Part shown: in pieces, positions 24,807 through 31,963 of the stretch
How positions within the stretch are numbered: the stretch's first letter is position 1
Layout of the letters: every line of letters begins with the position of its first letter
Source of the DNA: a virus
Direction: 5' to 3' (one strand)
Length of the DNA stretch: 64,000 nucleotides
Virus record (IMG/VR): IMGVR_UViG_3300045988_061855
The notes under the pieces: generated by a model
The model's input: the letters and a program-made list of their open reading frames with translations, nothing else
Database searches by the model: none
What the model was told of the DNA's origin: nothing
Made by a program: the position numbers and the translations under genes

Positions 24807-24995
24807 ATGATTAAAATTATTAAGCCTGGAACAATAACAGAATTGAGATGCTATAAATGCGGATGCTTATTCAGTTATGAAAAAGAAGATATAGAAATTA
24901 AAAAAGTGAATATATCAGATCCTTTATCTACGCAATATAAATATATAACTTGCCCACAGTGTAAAAAGGAAATAACATTGGAGGCTACGAGATGA
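24807..24995 (+). CDS. zinc-ribbon protein, paralog of 24084..24266
   Basis: MIKIIKPGTITELRCYKCGCLFSYEKEDI...CPQCKKEITL. Confidence 0.7.
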   Translation: MIKIIKPGTITELRCYKCGCLFSYEKEDIEIKKVNISDPLSTQYKYITCPQCKKEITLEATR

Positions 24996-25387
24996 TTAAA
25001 TTAGAAGGTAGAGTTCTATTATTTGATGTGATCAATCAACTCTCTAATAAAATATCTAAAGATTGTAAACTTACTATGCCCGAAAAAGTTCCTTTGACTT
25101 GGAATTTTGAGCATGATAAACCTATTGGATTTGCTACGCCAATCAGAGATAATAAGGGCATTTATGCCACAGCAGAAACATTTTCCAATGAATATATTGG
25201 CATCGAAGATATCCGGGATATTCTTACAGATGGAAAGATTGGTGTTGGTGGATACTATAGTATAAATAAAAGGCACAACGAAGGAGAACTAGACATCATT
25301 GATGAAGCAACATTACTAGATATTGGACTAACTTTGGCGCCGGTTCGTGAAGAATATTATTTTAAAATTATGGAGGAAAAGAAATGA
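24992..25387 (+). CDS. hypothetical protein whose N-terminal block resembles a prohead-protease (S78/U35) N-terminus
   Basis: 131 aa. VPLTWNFEHDKPIGFATPIRDNKGIYATAE compares with VPLVWNHEHNDPNAVLGHAVLENRKDGVYAYG in the capsid-protease fusion at 41855. Confidence 0.6.
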   Translation: MIKLEGRVLLFDVINQLSNKISKDCKLTMPEKVPLTWNFEHDKPIGFATPIRDNKGIYATAETFSNEYIGIEDIRDILTDGKIGVGGYYSINKRHNEGELDIIDEATLLDIGLTLAPVREEYYFKIMEEKK

Positions 25388-25639
25388 TTAAATTAGAGCA
25401 TGTAGTTCTGGCAAGTCCGGAGCAGATGGAGTTTATTATTGAGGGTATGCGAAACCCTATGAATTCATGGGAGAAAGGAGACAGTAAACTGGCGACCGCT
25501 GGATATGACGTTGTCGGGTTCGATCTTGGAGACGCTGATCTCGCTCTGATGCGGCGACTCTCCAAAGCAGGTACTGACCATAGAAAATTCATGCGAATGA
25601 TTCCGGTGTATGTGAGAATCACTGCGCCGTTGTATTGGT
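25384..25639 (+). CDS. ThyX-like (flavin-dependent thymidylate-synthase-like) phage protein, exon 1
   Basis: Ends ...HRKFMRMIPVYVRITAPLYW plus the first base of the next Trp codon. The apparent TAG at 25639 is created by the intron. Confidence 0.65.
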
Positions 25640-25686
25640 AGTTCTTTCTGCCAATGAAACACTTTGCCTAGTTATTGCTAGGGGTC

Positions 25687-25721
25687 ACGCTAAATTTACA
25701 TCTCCTATAATGAAAGGAGTG
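25687..25721 (+). promoter_or_regulatory. conserved early-region element, copy K (inside the intron)
   Basis: acgctaaatttacatctcctataatgaaaggagtg. Confidence 0.45.
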
Positions 25722-25727
25722 ATTTAT

Positions 25728-25922
25728 ATGATAGCTAGAATGGCATTAACAATCAACATTAATTCCAAAAAAGGCAAATATTTTGTGAAGCAGATGTTAC
25801 CTAAATGTAAACATATGGTAACTATCAGATCAAGCAAAGTCTTAGATGGATATACTGATTATATAATGGACATTGAAGATTATTATATAGCACAAGAATT
25901 ATTAGAAAAGATTGAGTCCTAA
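25728..25922 (+). CDS. intron-borne hypothetical protein (64 aa)
   Basis: ATG at 25728 follows AAAGGAGTG. No homing-endonuclease motifs are visible. Confidence 0.55.
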   Translation: MIARMALTININSKKGKYFVKQMLPKCKHMVTIRSSKVLDGYTDYIMDIEDYYIAQELLEKIES

Positions 25923-25940
25923 CATGGGCTCTTTCTTTTT
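25914..25940 (+). terminator. rho-independent terminator (GAGTCCT-aaca-TGGGCTC)
   Basis: The hairpin overlaps the stop codon of 25728..25922. Confidence 0.6.
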
Positions 25941-26296
25941 ATATTTTAGCGTGGCTAACGGGGAACCACCCATTGGAATCCCGTGGGAAACATTTCAAAG
26001 ATATATTTTCGCGAAAATTACATGGTGTATTATGAGAGAATAAGGCCCGTGGAATTAAAAATATTAACCACAATTCTAGGGTGACTAGTAACGGTGGAGA
26101 TTCTATTAGAATCGTAGTTAGGCAAGATCCTTATTCTTTTTTGTTTTTATTTCTTTTATATTTTTGAAATGAACCTGTAGAGGCTATCCCCTATGCCTTC
26201 CGGGCGGGGGAGTAGGGCTACTATTGATACGTAGCTGGGTTTTAGGAAACGAAGCCCATGAAAACCGAAATGGTGTCCTATTGTTTTTTGTGTGTT

Positions 26297-26333
26297 AGCG
26301 AGATTTACAACTCCTTTTATGAAAGGATGGTGA
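26297..26333 (+). promoter_or_regulatory. conserved early-region element, copy L (inside the intron)
   Basis: agcgagatttacaactccttttatgaaaggatggtga. Confidence 0.45.
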
Positions 26334-26338
26334 TATTT

Positions 26339-26563
26339 ATGTTTAATTTTTTTAAGAAAAAAGTCAGAGAAGAGGACCCAATATTGAAGGAGATAAACCA
26401 ACAAACTGAAGAATTAAAAGCTATAACCGATTCTATGCGTAGAGATAACGAATCATTAGAAGCTGATATTCAAATTGCGGAAAAATTATTACTCAATAGG
26501 GGATACTCACAAGAGGATTTGGAAAAATTAAAAATAAAATCGAAACTCAAAATAGTTAAGTAA
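26339..26563 (+). CDS. intron-borne coiled-coil protein (74 aa)
   Basis: ATG at 26339: MFNFFKKKVREEDPILKEINQQTEELKAITDSMRRDNESLEADIQ.... Confidence 0.55.
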   Translation: MFNFFKKKVREEDPILKEINQQTEELKAITDSMRRDNESLEADIQIAEKLLLNRGYSQEDLEKLKIKSKLKIVK

Positions 26564-26573
26564 AAATTAGGGG

Positions 26574-26608
26574 AAGACTCAGAGTAAAATCTTGGTCTTT
26601 TCTCTTTT
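26574..26608 (+). terminator. hairpin plus T-rich run
   Basis: AAGACTCAG-N8-CTTGGTCTT. Confidence 0.4.
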
Positions 26609-26653
26609 GTATTTAACACACAAAAAACAATAGTAAAAGATAGTCCATTAATG

Positions 26654-27135
26654 GGAAAGAATTTGATACTTATAAAGTTGGTACTGTTGCGAACTCTTGC
26701 AGTACAATGCACAAGATTGCTGAGAAAGAGTTTACACTGGAGGATTTCTCTACGGAGCATCTGATGACCTGGAATGACGATTTCACAGCGGATTGCGTTA
26801 TTGATTATGGACATTCTCCTGACGGTTATCCTTCTGGTAAAGTTCCCATGGATATTTTAGGCAACACTATTAAGATGCTAAATGAAGCTAGGGATAAATA
26901 TTTAAACTTTTCGTCTTTAAATGTTAATACTGAAAATGCTAAAAAAGATATTTGGTGGCAGATGATCCAGCTTCTTCCGAGCAGCTATAACCAGACACGC
27001 AACGTTATGATGAATTATGAGGTGCTGACAAACATATATAAGTCTCGCAAAGACCACAAGCTGGACGAATGGAGAGAGTTCTGTAAGTGGATTGAAACTT
27101 TACCTTATAGTGAATTAATTATCGGAGGTGAATAA
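26654..27135 (+). CDS. ThyX-like phage protein, exon 2
   Basis: The frame is open from 26644. (W)KEFDTYKVGTVANSCSTMHKIAEKEF...RKDHKLDEWREFCKWIETLPYSELI. Exons 1 and 2 together are 738 nt, giving 245 aa. Confidence 0.65.
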
Positions 27136-27140
27136 ACATA

Positions 27141-27398
27141 ATGACTTTTGATGATTTGATAGTCATCACACCAAATGTAAGATTAGCTGATTTAATACAG
27201 CTATTTTTATTAGGATATGATGATAAAATATACTTTGATGTGGAGATCAATAGCGGAAATGATGTTATTACGCTAGATAATGTGCGCATAATAGCACCAG
27301 AGTTACAACCCTATTACGACTATAAGATCGCATATCTTGGTGAACCTGATTATGAATCGCATGCTAATTTAGAGGTAACATTAAAAAGAGTGGTATAA
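27141..27398 (+). CDS. hypothetical protein
   Basis: 85 aa with a GGAGGTG RBS. Confidence 0.7.
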   Translation: MTFDDLIVITPNVRLADLIQLFLLGYDDKIYFDVEINSGNDVITLDNVRIIAPELQPYYDYKIAYLGEPDYESHANLEVTLKRVV

Positions 27399-27562
27399 AT
27401 GACCACTATATTTTTAATATTATTAATCATTCGCACAATTAGTTTGCAATTGGGACGTTTATATTTATGATATGTGTATCTATTAGCTATGATATAGCGA
27501 CGTCAGATTTACAAGACAGATTTAAGTTCTGGTTACTTTCAAATTAAGGAGGATTTTACATT

Positions 27563-27919
27563 ATGACAACGCACAATAAATATGACAATGATATTTTAAA
27601 GCAACTTACAAGGATTGCTAACGCTTTAGACAGGATAGCTAAGAGATTACCAGAAGAATGTGATACAGCTGAGTACGCAAAAGAGAATCCAGATTGGACT
27701 GAGAAAATTGAAAAGATGGCTTCTGGTTATTATTTACAGGTAATAAGATGTAAAGACTGTAAATGCTTCATACCATTGGAAGATATGAAAAAATGCCCGG
27801 AATACAAGGATTACCCATTTGATGCAGCAGAAAAAGTACATTCTGATGGTATATGTACAAATACTGATAAATGGGTTTACACAAGTGATTTCTGTAGTGA
27901 GGCTAAAAACTCGCAGTAA
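27563..27919 (+). CDS. Cys-rich hypothetical protein
   Basis: 118 aa, following the conserved TAAGGAGGATTTTACATTATG region. Confidence 0.75.
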   Translation: MTTHNKYDNDILKQLTRIANALDRIAKRLPEECDTAEYAKENPDWTEKIEKMASGYYLQVIRCKDCKCFIPLEDMKKCPEYKDYPFDAAEKVHSDGICTNTDKWVYTSDFCSEAKNSQ

Positions 27920-27945
27920 AAACATGTTCCTTAATGAGTAAATTA
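27911..27945 (+). promoter_or_regulatory. conserved early-region element, copy M
   Basis: tcgcagtaaaaacatgttccttaatgagtaaatta; overlaps the upstream stop codon. Confidence 0.5.
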
Positions 27946-27966
27946 TAATCTAAGGAGGAATTAATT

Positions 27967-28161
27967 ATGACATCAGAAGAAAGAATTGATGAACTTGAAA
28001 AGAGGGTTCGTATTATGGAAATGAAAAATGATAATCTGGGAAAGCGTTTAGACATCATGTCTGAGCAATTACAGATTGTTAATATTTCGTTAGTTCAAAT
28101 ATACGGCATTCTTGACCTTCAGGATAAAATCAATCGTATTAACATGATGACTAAACAGTAG
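27967..28161 (+). CDS. coiled-coil hypothetical protein
   Basis: 64 aa with a TAAGGAGG RBS. Confidence 0.7.
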   Translation: MTSEERIDELEKRVRIMEMKNDNLGKRLDIMSEQLQIVNISLVQIYGILDLQDKINRINMMTKQ

Positions 28162-28178
28162 TAATTTATTAAAGCAAA

Positions 28179-28212
28179 GGGCTTGAGTCTTAGGACTTAG
28201 GCTCTTATTTTT
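28179..28212 (+). terminator. rho-independent terminator (third copy of the 3189 hairpin)
   Basis: aaagcaaagggcttgagtcttaggactt is shared with 3181-3208. Confidence 0.7.
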
Positions 28213-28234
28213 TATATTTAGGAGGTAATATTCA

Positions 28235-28387
28235 ATGATGACACAGGAACAGATGGAAATTGAAATCATGAAGTTAAAAATGGAAAACAACGAGATTAAG
28301 GAGATTATATTAGAAATGCAGCAGCAAATAAAAGAGACAGTCAGTTTACTTGAGCAGGTAGCTGTCTTAATGACTTCGAGAAAGTAG
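28235..28387 (+). CDS. small coiled-coil protein (50 aa)
   Basis: Hand-read: TAGGAGG RBS, MMTQEQMEIEIMKLKMENNEIKEIILEMQQQ.... Confidence 0.5.
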   Translation: MMTQEQMEIEIMKLKMENNEIKEIILEMQQQIKETVSLLEQVAVLMTSRK

Positions 28388-28396
28388 GCAATTAGT

Positions 28397-29026
28397 ATGA
28401 AAAAGAAAACAACAAAATTTATATTATTAGGATTAATGATTTCGGTTATTGCATTCGCTTTAACTGGCTGTGAAATGTTTAACAGTGGCGTACAGTCAAT
28501 GAAAGGAAGTATTGAAGGAAATGAATATTTAGCTGAATTTTATACCAATAACGGTGAAAAATTCATGACTATGCATGGTGAGCGTATAGACCTTAATGCT
28601 AACACCGTAAGAGAATATGATTATGCTGAGGGTGGTTATAACAAAGTACAGTCATCAGTTGTAACAATCACCATAGACGGTAAAGAAGTGGAAAACTGTG
28701 GAAGTACAGTGATATTTGCAGAGGAAGGACTTGAGCCGGATGTAGACTTAGAGCAGCAGGATATTGAAAGTAATAGTACCGGGAATATAGGGGAACTTCC
28801 AATCGTAGCAAATACGATTAATCGTTATAAGAATATGCTTGGTAAATCAAGAACAGTAGTAATTCAATCACAACTTGGCGACCCAATATGTGCATATTCA
28901 GGAGATAGCGTTTATTACGAAGTTTGTGAGAAGTTACCTAAAACTACAAAGTTATCAATAGATGGTAAGGCTTTATATATTCATAGAGCCAACTTTCAGA
29001 TTATTGATAATAGTTTGTTGGATTGA
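28397..29026 (+). CDS. secreted lipoprotein
   Basis: MKKKTTKFILLGLMISVIAFALTGC, a signal peptide with lipobox LTGC. Confidence 0.8.
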   Translation: MKKKTTKFILLGLMISVIAFALTGCEMFNSGVQSMKGSIEGNEYLAEFYTNNGEKFMTMHGERIDLNANTVREYDYAEGGYNKVQSSVVTITIDGKEVENCGSTVIFAEEGLEPDVDLEQQDIESNSTGNIGELPIVANTINRYKNMLGKSRTVVIQSQLGDPICAYSGDSVYYEVCEKLPKTTKLSIDGKALYIHRANFQIIDNSLLD

Positions 29027-29044
29027 TAAGAAAGGATATTAACT

Positions 29045-29185
29045 ATGGCAAAGATATTATTAAGTGAGAGCGATATGAAAGCTCTTAATAATGGCGAGAT
29101 TGTAAGTGCTATGATTTATGGATATTTAATTGGTATTCAGAAAGACACTAGAAAACCAGAGAAGGCTAAAGAAGAGGAGGAGTAA
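29045..29185 (+). CDS. small hypothetical protein (46 aa)
   Basis: Hand-read: MAKILLSESDMKALNNGEIVSAMIYGYLIG.... Confidence 0.45.
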   Translation: MAKILLSESDMKALNNGEIVSAMIYGYLIGIQKDTRKPEKAKEEEE

Positions 29186-29189
29186 TGTT

Positions 29190-29552
29190 ATGGCATATAT
29201 TATGAATATTAATATACAGGCCGATGAGGACATACAATATATTCTTAGAAATATAAAAAAATCAGATACAGGAGCTTATGTTTTTATGTCTGATAATAGA
29301 GAATCACTCATAAATATTTTTTGTGAGATACTACGCGATATTAATGAGACAATATATACAAGCAATAAATCATTGGATTTAATAAAAATAAAAGGGTTCG
29401 TATCAGAGGCGTATACAGATATATCGTTAGATTGCAACACCGACAAGTATTCATATGAGTTAAATTATGATGATTTTTCAATAAGTTTTAAATTAACTAG
29501 CATAAATGTATTTACTATCTATAGCGATATTATTCAAATTAAGGAGGAATAA
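29190..29552 (+). CDS. hypothetical protein (120 aa)
   Basis: ATG at 29190 follows GAGGAGGAG. Confidence 0.65.
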   Translation: MAYIMNINIQADEDIQYILRNIKKSDTGAYVFMSDNRESLINIFCEILRDINETIYTSNKSLDLIKIKGFVSEAYTDISLDCNTDKYSYELNYDDFSISFKLTSINVFTIYSDIIQIKEE

Positions 29553-29556
29553 TGTT

Positions 29557-29778
29557 ATGTCTGATATCAAAAAATGTGATAGATGTGGAAAAACATACGA
29601 GTATGATTTTTCTGATAAGCCCACGGATACTGAAACGAGATATCTAACTACCATTACTTTGAATGCAAAAGATTTGTGGAAACGTGAGTATCATAAAACT
29701 TATGACTTGTGTGCCGACTGCTGTGTGTCTTTAATGGAATGGTTAAATTTTGATATGGCTGAAGAAAGGAAAGACTAA
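29557..29778 (+). CDS. zinc-ribbon protein (73 aa)
   Basis: ATG at 29557 follows AAGGAGG. Contains CDRCGK...CADCC. Confidence 0.65.
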   Translation: MSDIKKCDRCGKTYEYDFSDKPTDTETRYLTTITLNAKDLWKREYHKTYDLCADCCVSLMEWLNFDMAEERKD

Positions 29779-30023
29779 TGATATGCGATTGGAATGAAGT
29801 ATTTAACCCTACTCCTGAACAGAAAAAATATTATGAAGACGAATATAAAAAACTATTACAAAGCGCATATGACGAGCATAAATGTTTTACATGTAGACAT
29901 TATATTTCTGATGAACCTGAGCGAGACTTTATTCAACCTTGTCCAACATGTGAGATTACTGGTCATGCTGCTATTACAACTTGTGATAAATATGAGAGCA
30001 ACGGTAAGGAGGAAATACATTGA
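29778..30023 (+). CDS. Cys-rich hypothetical protein
   Basis: 81 aa with CFTC...CPTC motifs. Confidence 0.65.
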   Translation: MICDWNEVFNPTPEQKKYYEDEYKKLLQSAYDEHKCFTCRHYISDEPERDFIQPCPTCEITGHAAITTCDKYESNGKEEIH

Positions 30024-30134
30024 AAGAGAAGCTTAATTTATATTTTACAGTAAAGGCTTTGAAATATCGTTTTGAGCCTGCTGGGTTTAGATATCGTTTG
30101 TACTCTTGGCTTGTCAGAAAGACTGACTAACATA

Positions 30135-30166
30135 CGCGACATATACTTATTATATTATGAGAAAAT
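30135..30166 (+). promoter_or_regulatory. conserved early-region element, copy U (divergent)
   Basis: cgcgacatatacttattatattatgagaaaat. Confidence 0.35.
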
Positions 30167-30185
30167 AATAAGGAGGATTTATATT

Positions 30186-30326
30186 ATGCTTACATTTATG
30201 TTTGATAGTGTTGAAGAATTAGTTAAATTCAGGGAGGAATGTATTGAAAAATACAATGAGGTTCCTAGAATTTCAGCGGTTTTTCATGGCAACGAACATA
30301 CATATTTTGCAAGGGTTAATATGTAG
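30186..30326 (+). CDS. small hypothetical protein (46 aa)
   Basis: ATG at 30186 follows the conserved AAGGAGGATTTATATTATG region. Confidence 0.55.
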   Translation: MLTFMFDSVEELVKFREECIEKYNEVPRISAVFHGNEHTYFARVNM

Positions 30327-30390
30327 TAATTATTAAAAGAAATGTTCTTGGCATTTGCTGAGGCTTTTCTTTTTGCTCTGTCGGATATGG

Positions 30391-30428
30391 TCGTGTGAGA
30401 TACATAGTGTGTTATGGAAAGGATGGTG
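30391..30428 (+). promoter_or_regulatory. conserved early-region element, copy N
   Basis: tcgtgtgagatacatagtgtgttatggaaaggatggtg. Confidence 0.4.
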
Positions 30429-30434
30429 ATATTT

Positions 30435-30704
30435 ATGACGGATATTGAAAAGCAAATAGAGGCTATGGGATACGAAGTTCGTGTTAGTGACATGTCTAAT
30501 GAGTATATTGTTTATGAGAATAAAAAAAGTGATCAAGAAGTAACCTTAGAATGGGATTACGAAGATCAGTATTGTATGATACATTCGCAAACAATATCAA
30601 GAGAAAAAGATTGGATAGGACAGACACATCAAATGCCTATGCCATTAACTATTTGTGAAGCTGAAATATTTATGGCTAGACTTAAAGAATTACGAGAGTC
30701 CTAA
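30435..30704 (+). CDS. hypothetical protein (89 aa)
   Basis: ATG at 30435. The C-terminal ...RES* is encoded by the terminator hairpin. Confidence 0.65.
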   Translation: MTDIEKQIEAMGYEVRVSDMSNEYIVYENKKSDQEVTLEWDYEDQYCMIHSQTISREKDWIGQTHQMPMPLTICEAEIFMARLKELRES

Positions 30705-30723
30705 CAAGGGCTCTTTCTTTTTT
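30696..30723 (+). terminator. rho-independent terminator (GAGTCCT-aaca-AGGGCTC family)
   Basis: Overlaps the stop codon; followed by TTTCTTTTTT. Confidence 0.7.
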
Positions 30724-30739
30724 ATATTTAGGAGGGTTT

Positions 30740-30922
30740 ATGAATATAGTTAGTGGATATTGGAAGAGTATTGATGGCTCCGTTACGTACGGATATTGCA
30801 CTTGTGGTAGAGAGGTAAAATCTACCAAAGAGGAAAGAGATGAAAAATGTCCTATGTGTGGAGCAAAAATTGTGTGGGATTTGGGTAATCCTGAGTTATG
30901 GATTGGACAGAAAAAGCAGTGA
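30740..30922 (+). CDS. zinc-ribbon protein
   Basis: 60 aa with CTCG...CPMCG. Confidence 0.65.
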   Translation: MNIVSGYWKSIDGSVTYGYCTCGREVKSTKEERDEKCPMCGAKIVWDLGNPELWIGQKKQ

Positions 30923-30930
30923 TTTTATGG

Positions 30931-30946
30931 GTAACCAATTGGTTAC
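30931..30946 (+). promoter_or_regulatory. operator O1, perfect 16-bp palindrome
   Basis: GTAACCAATTGGTTAC. Confidence 0.6.
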
Positions 30947-31012
30947 AGGTATGCTTTTTTGAAGATTTTTTATATGATTTTATATTTTTGAAAAATTGCA
31001 TTTTTGACTGGT

Positions 31013-31028
31013 GTAACCGTTTGGTTAC
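31013..31028 (+). promoter_or_regulatory. operator O2
   Basis: GTAACCGTTTGGTTAC. Confidence 0.6.
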
Positions 31029-31055
31029 TCGATGGTATTTATTATGATACAAAAA

Positions 31056-31112
31056 GGCTAAAAAACGGCTATTTTTGGTCATTTTTGGCTATATTTTGCC
31101 CATTTTTGGCTA
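31056..31112 (+). repeat. phased T-tract/GGCTA direct repeats (period ~10-11 bp)
   Basis: GGCTAaaaaacGGCTAtttttGGTCAtttttGGCTAtattttGCCCAtttttGGCTA. Confidence 0.6.
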
Positions 31113-31136
31113 ACATCGCATAATTAATACCAAAGT

Positions 31137-31153
31137 GTTAACCGACTGGTTAC
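31137..31153 (+). promoter_or_regulatory. operator O3 (imperfect)
   Basis: GTTAACCGACTGGTTAC. Confidence 0.5.
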
Positions 31154-31207
31154 ACCCCCTTATTACATAATAAAAAAATTAAATATATTAAAGGACTTTT
31201 TGCAGGT

Positions 31208-31223
31208 GTAACCAATTGGTTAA
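31208..31223 (+). promoter_or_regulatory. operator O4, ~40 nt upstream of the XRE gene start
   Basis: GTAACCAATTGGTTAA. Confidence 0.55.
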
Positions 31224-31260
31224 TACCCCTTTATTTTTAGCACAAAGAAAGGAGCATGTT

Positions 31261-31509
31261 ATGCATAACAACGAATACATAAGTGAAGTCGAGTTTATAG
31301 ATATCTTTGCAGATAACTTAAGAGATATTATGTATGAAATGGATATAAGCGAAGGAGAGTTAGCAAGAAGGACTGGGTTATCCAAAATGGCAATCAGTAG
31401 ATATCTTAATAAAAAAAGAATGCCAACATTAAAAGCGCTGGTAAATCTATCATATGTACTCTGTGTACCGATAACTGATTTAATACCAACATATGCAATG
31501 ATTGATTAG
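31261..31509 (+). CDS. XRE-family HTH transcriptional regulator
   Basis: ATG at 31261 follows AAAGGAG. Contains ELARRTGLSKMAISRYLNKKRMPTLKALVNLSYVLCVPITDLI. Confidence 0.8.
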   Translation: MHNNEYISEVEFIDIFADNLRDIMYEMDISEGELARRTGLSKMAISRYLNKKRMPTLKALVNLSYVLCVPITDLIPTYAMID

Positions 31510-31534
31510 AAGATATAATGGAGGATTTATATTT

Positions 31535-31897
31535 ATGAAAAATAATGTAAGGGTGGGAATACTAGAAACCGGTCAAGTATTTGATTCTATAACGGCGTGT
31601 GCCAATTATATTGGAGGGAATGCAAGACATGCCAGTATTGTGAGTCGGAATCCGAGAATGACTTGCAAAGGCTATCATATAGTTCGAATAGATGAACCAA
31701 TTCCTGAAATTGATCTATCGAGAAGTTTTGTCGGACGACCTGGAATTCGTGTAAGGATTGTTGAGACAGGCGATGAATTCGATTCAATCAAAGAGTGTGC
31801 AGAATTTATGAATTGTAGTAGTGGGAGAATACATGATGCTCTTACAGGTTACAATAATATTCATACATATAACGGTTATCATTTTACATATGTGTGA
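31535..31897 (+). CDS. DNA-binding protein with two tandem IENR1/NUMOD-like repeats and no nuclease domain
   Basis: Repeat 1 is VGILETGQVFDSITACANYIGGNARHASIV...KGYHIVRI. Repeat 2 is VRIVETGDEFDSIKECAEFMNCSSGRIHDAL...NGYHFTYV. Confidence 0.55.
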   Translation: MKNNVRVGILETGQVFDSITACANYIGGNARHASIVSRNPRMTCKGYHIVRIDEPIPEIDLSRSFVGRPGIRVRIVETGDEFDSIKECAEFMNCSSGRIHDALTGYNNIHTYNGYHFTYV

Positions 31898-31908
31898 TTT
31901 ATATTTAT

Positions 31909-31944
31909 GGGCTTTAGTGTGACAAACTAAGGCTCTTATTTTTT
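31909..31944 (+). terminator. rho-independent terminator
   Basis: GGGCTTTAGT-N7-ACTAAGGCTC plus TTATTTTTT. Confidence 0.65.
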
Positions 31945-31963
31945 GCTTATGGTATTAATTATG

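Larger units (their letters stand above)
25640..26653 (+). mobile_element. group I intron (1014 nt) carrying two small-ORF cassettes
   Basis: The 5' exon ends in U (25639) and the intron ends in G (26653). P1 pairs ATTGGU (25634-25639) with GCCAAU (25650-25655), with a U-G pair at the splice site. P10 pairs UUCUUUCU (25642-25649) with exon 2 GGAAAGAA (26654-26661). Splicing restores APLYW-W-KEFDTYKVGTVANSCSTMH. A GC-rich structured core lies at 25940-26290. Confidence 0.7.

Noticed and set aside
30852-31082. 76-aa minus-strand ORF
   Set aside because: It lies within the operator and phased-repeat non-coding region, has no RBS, and its translation is dominated by the repeat sequence.
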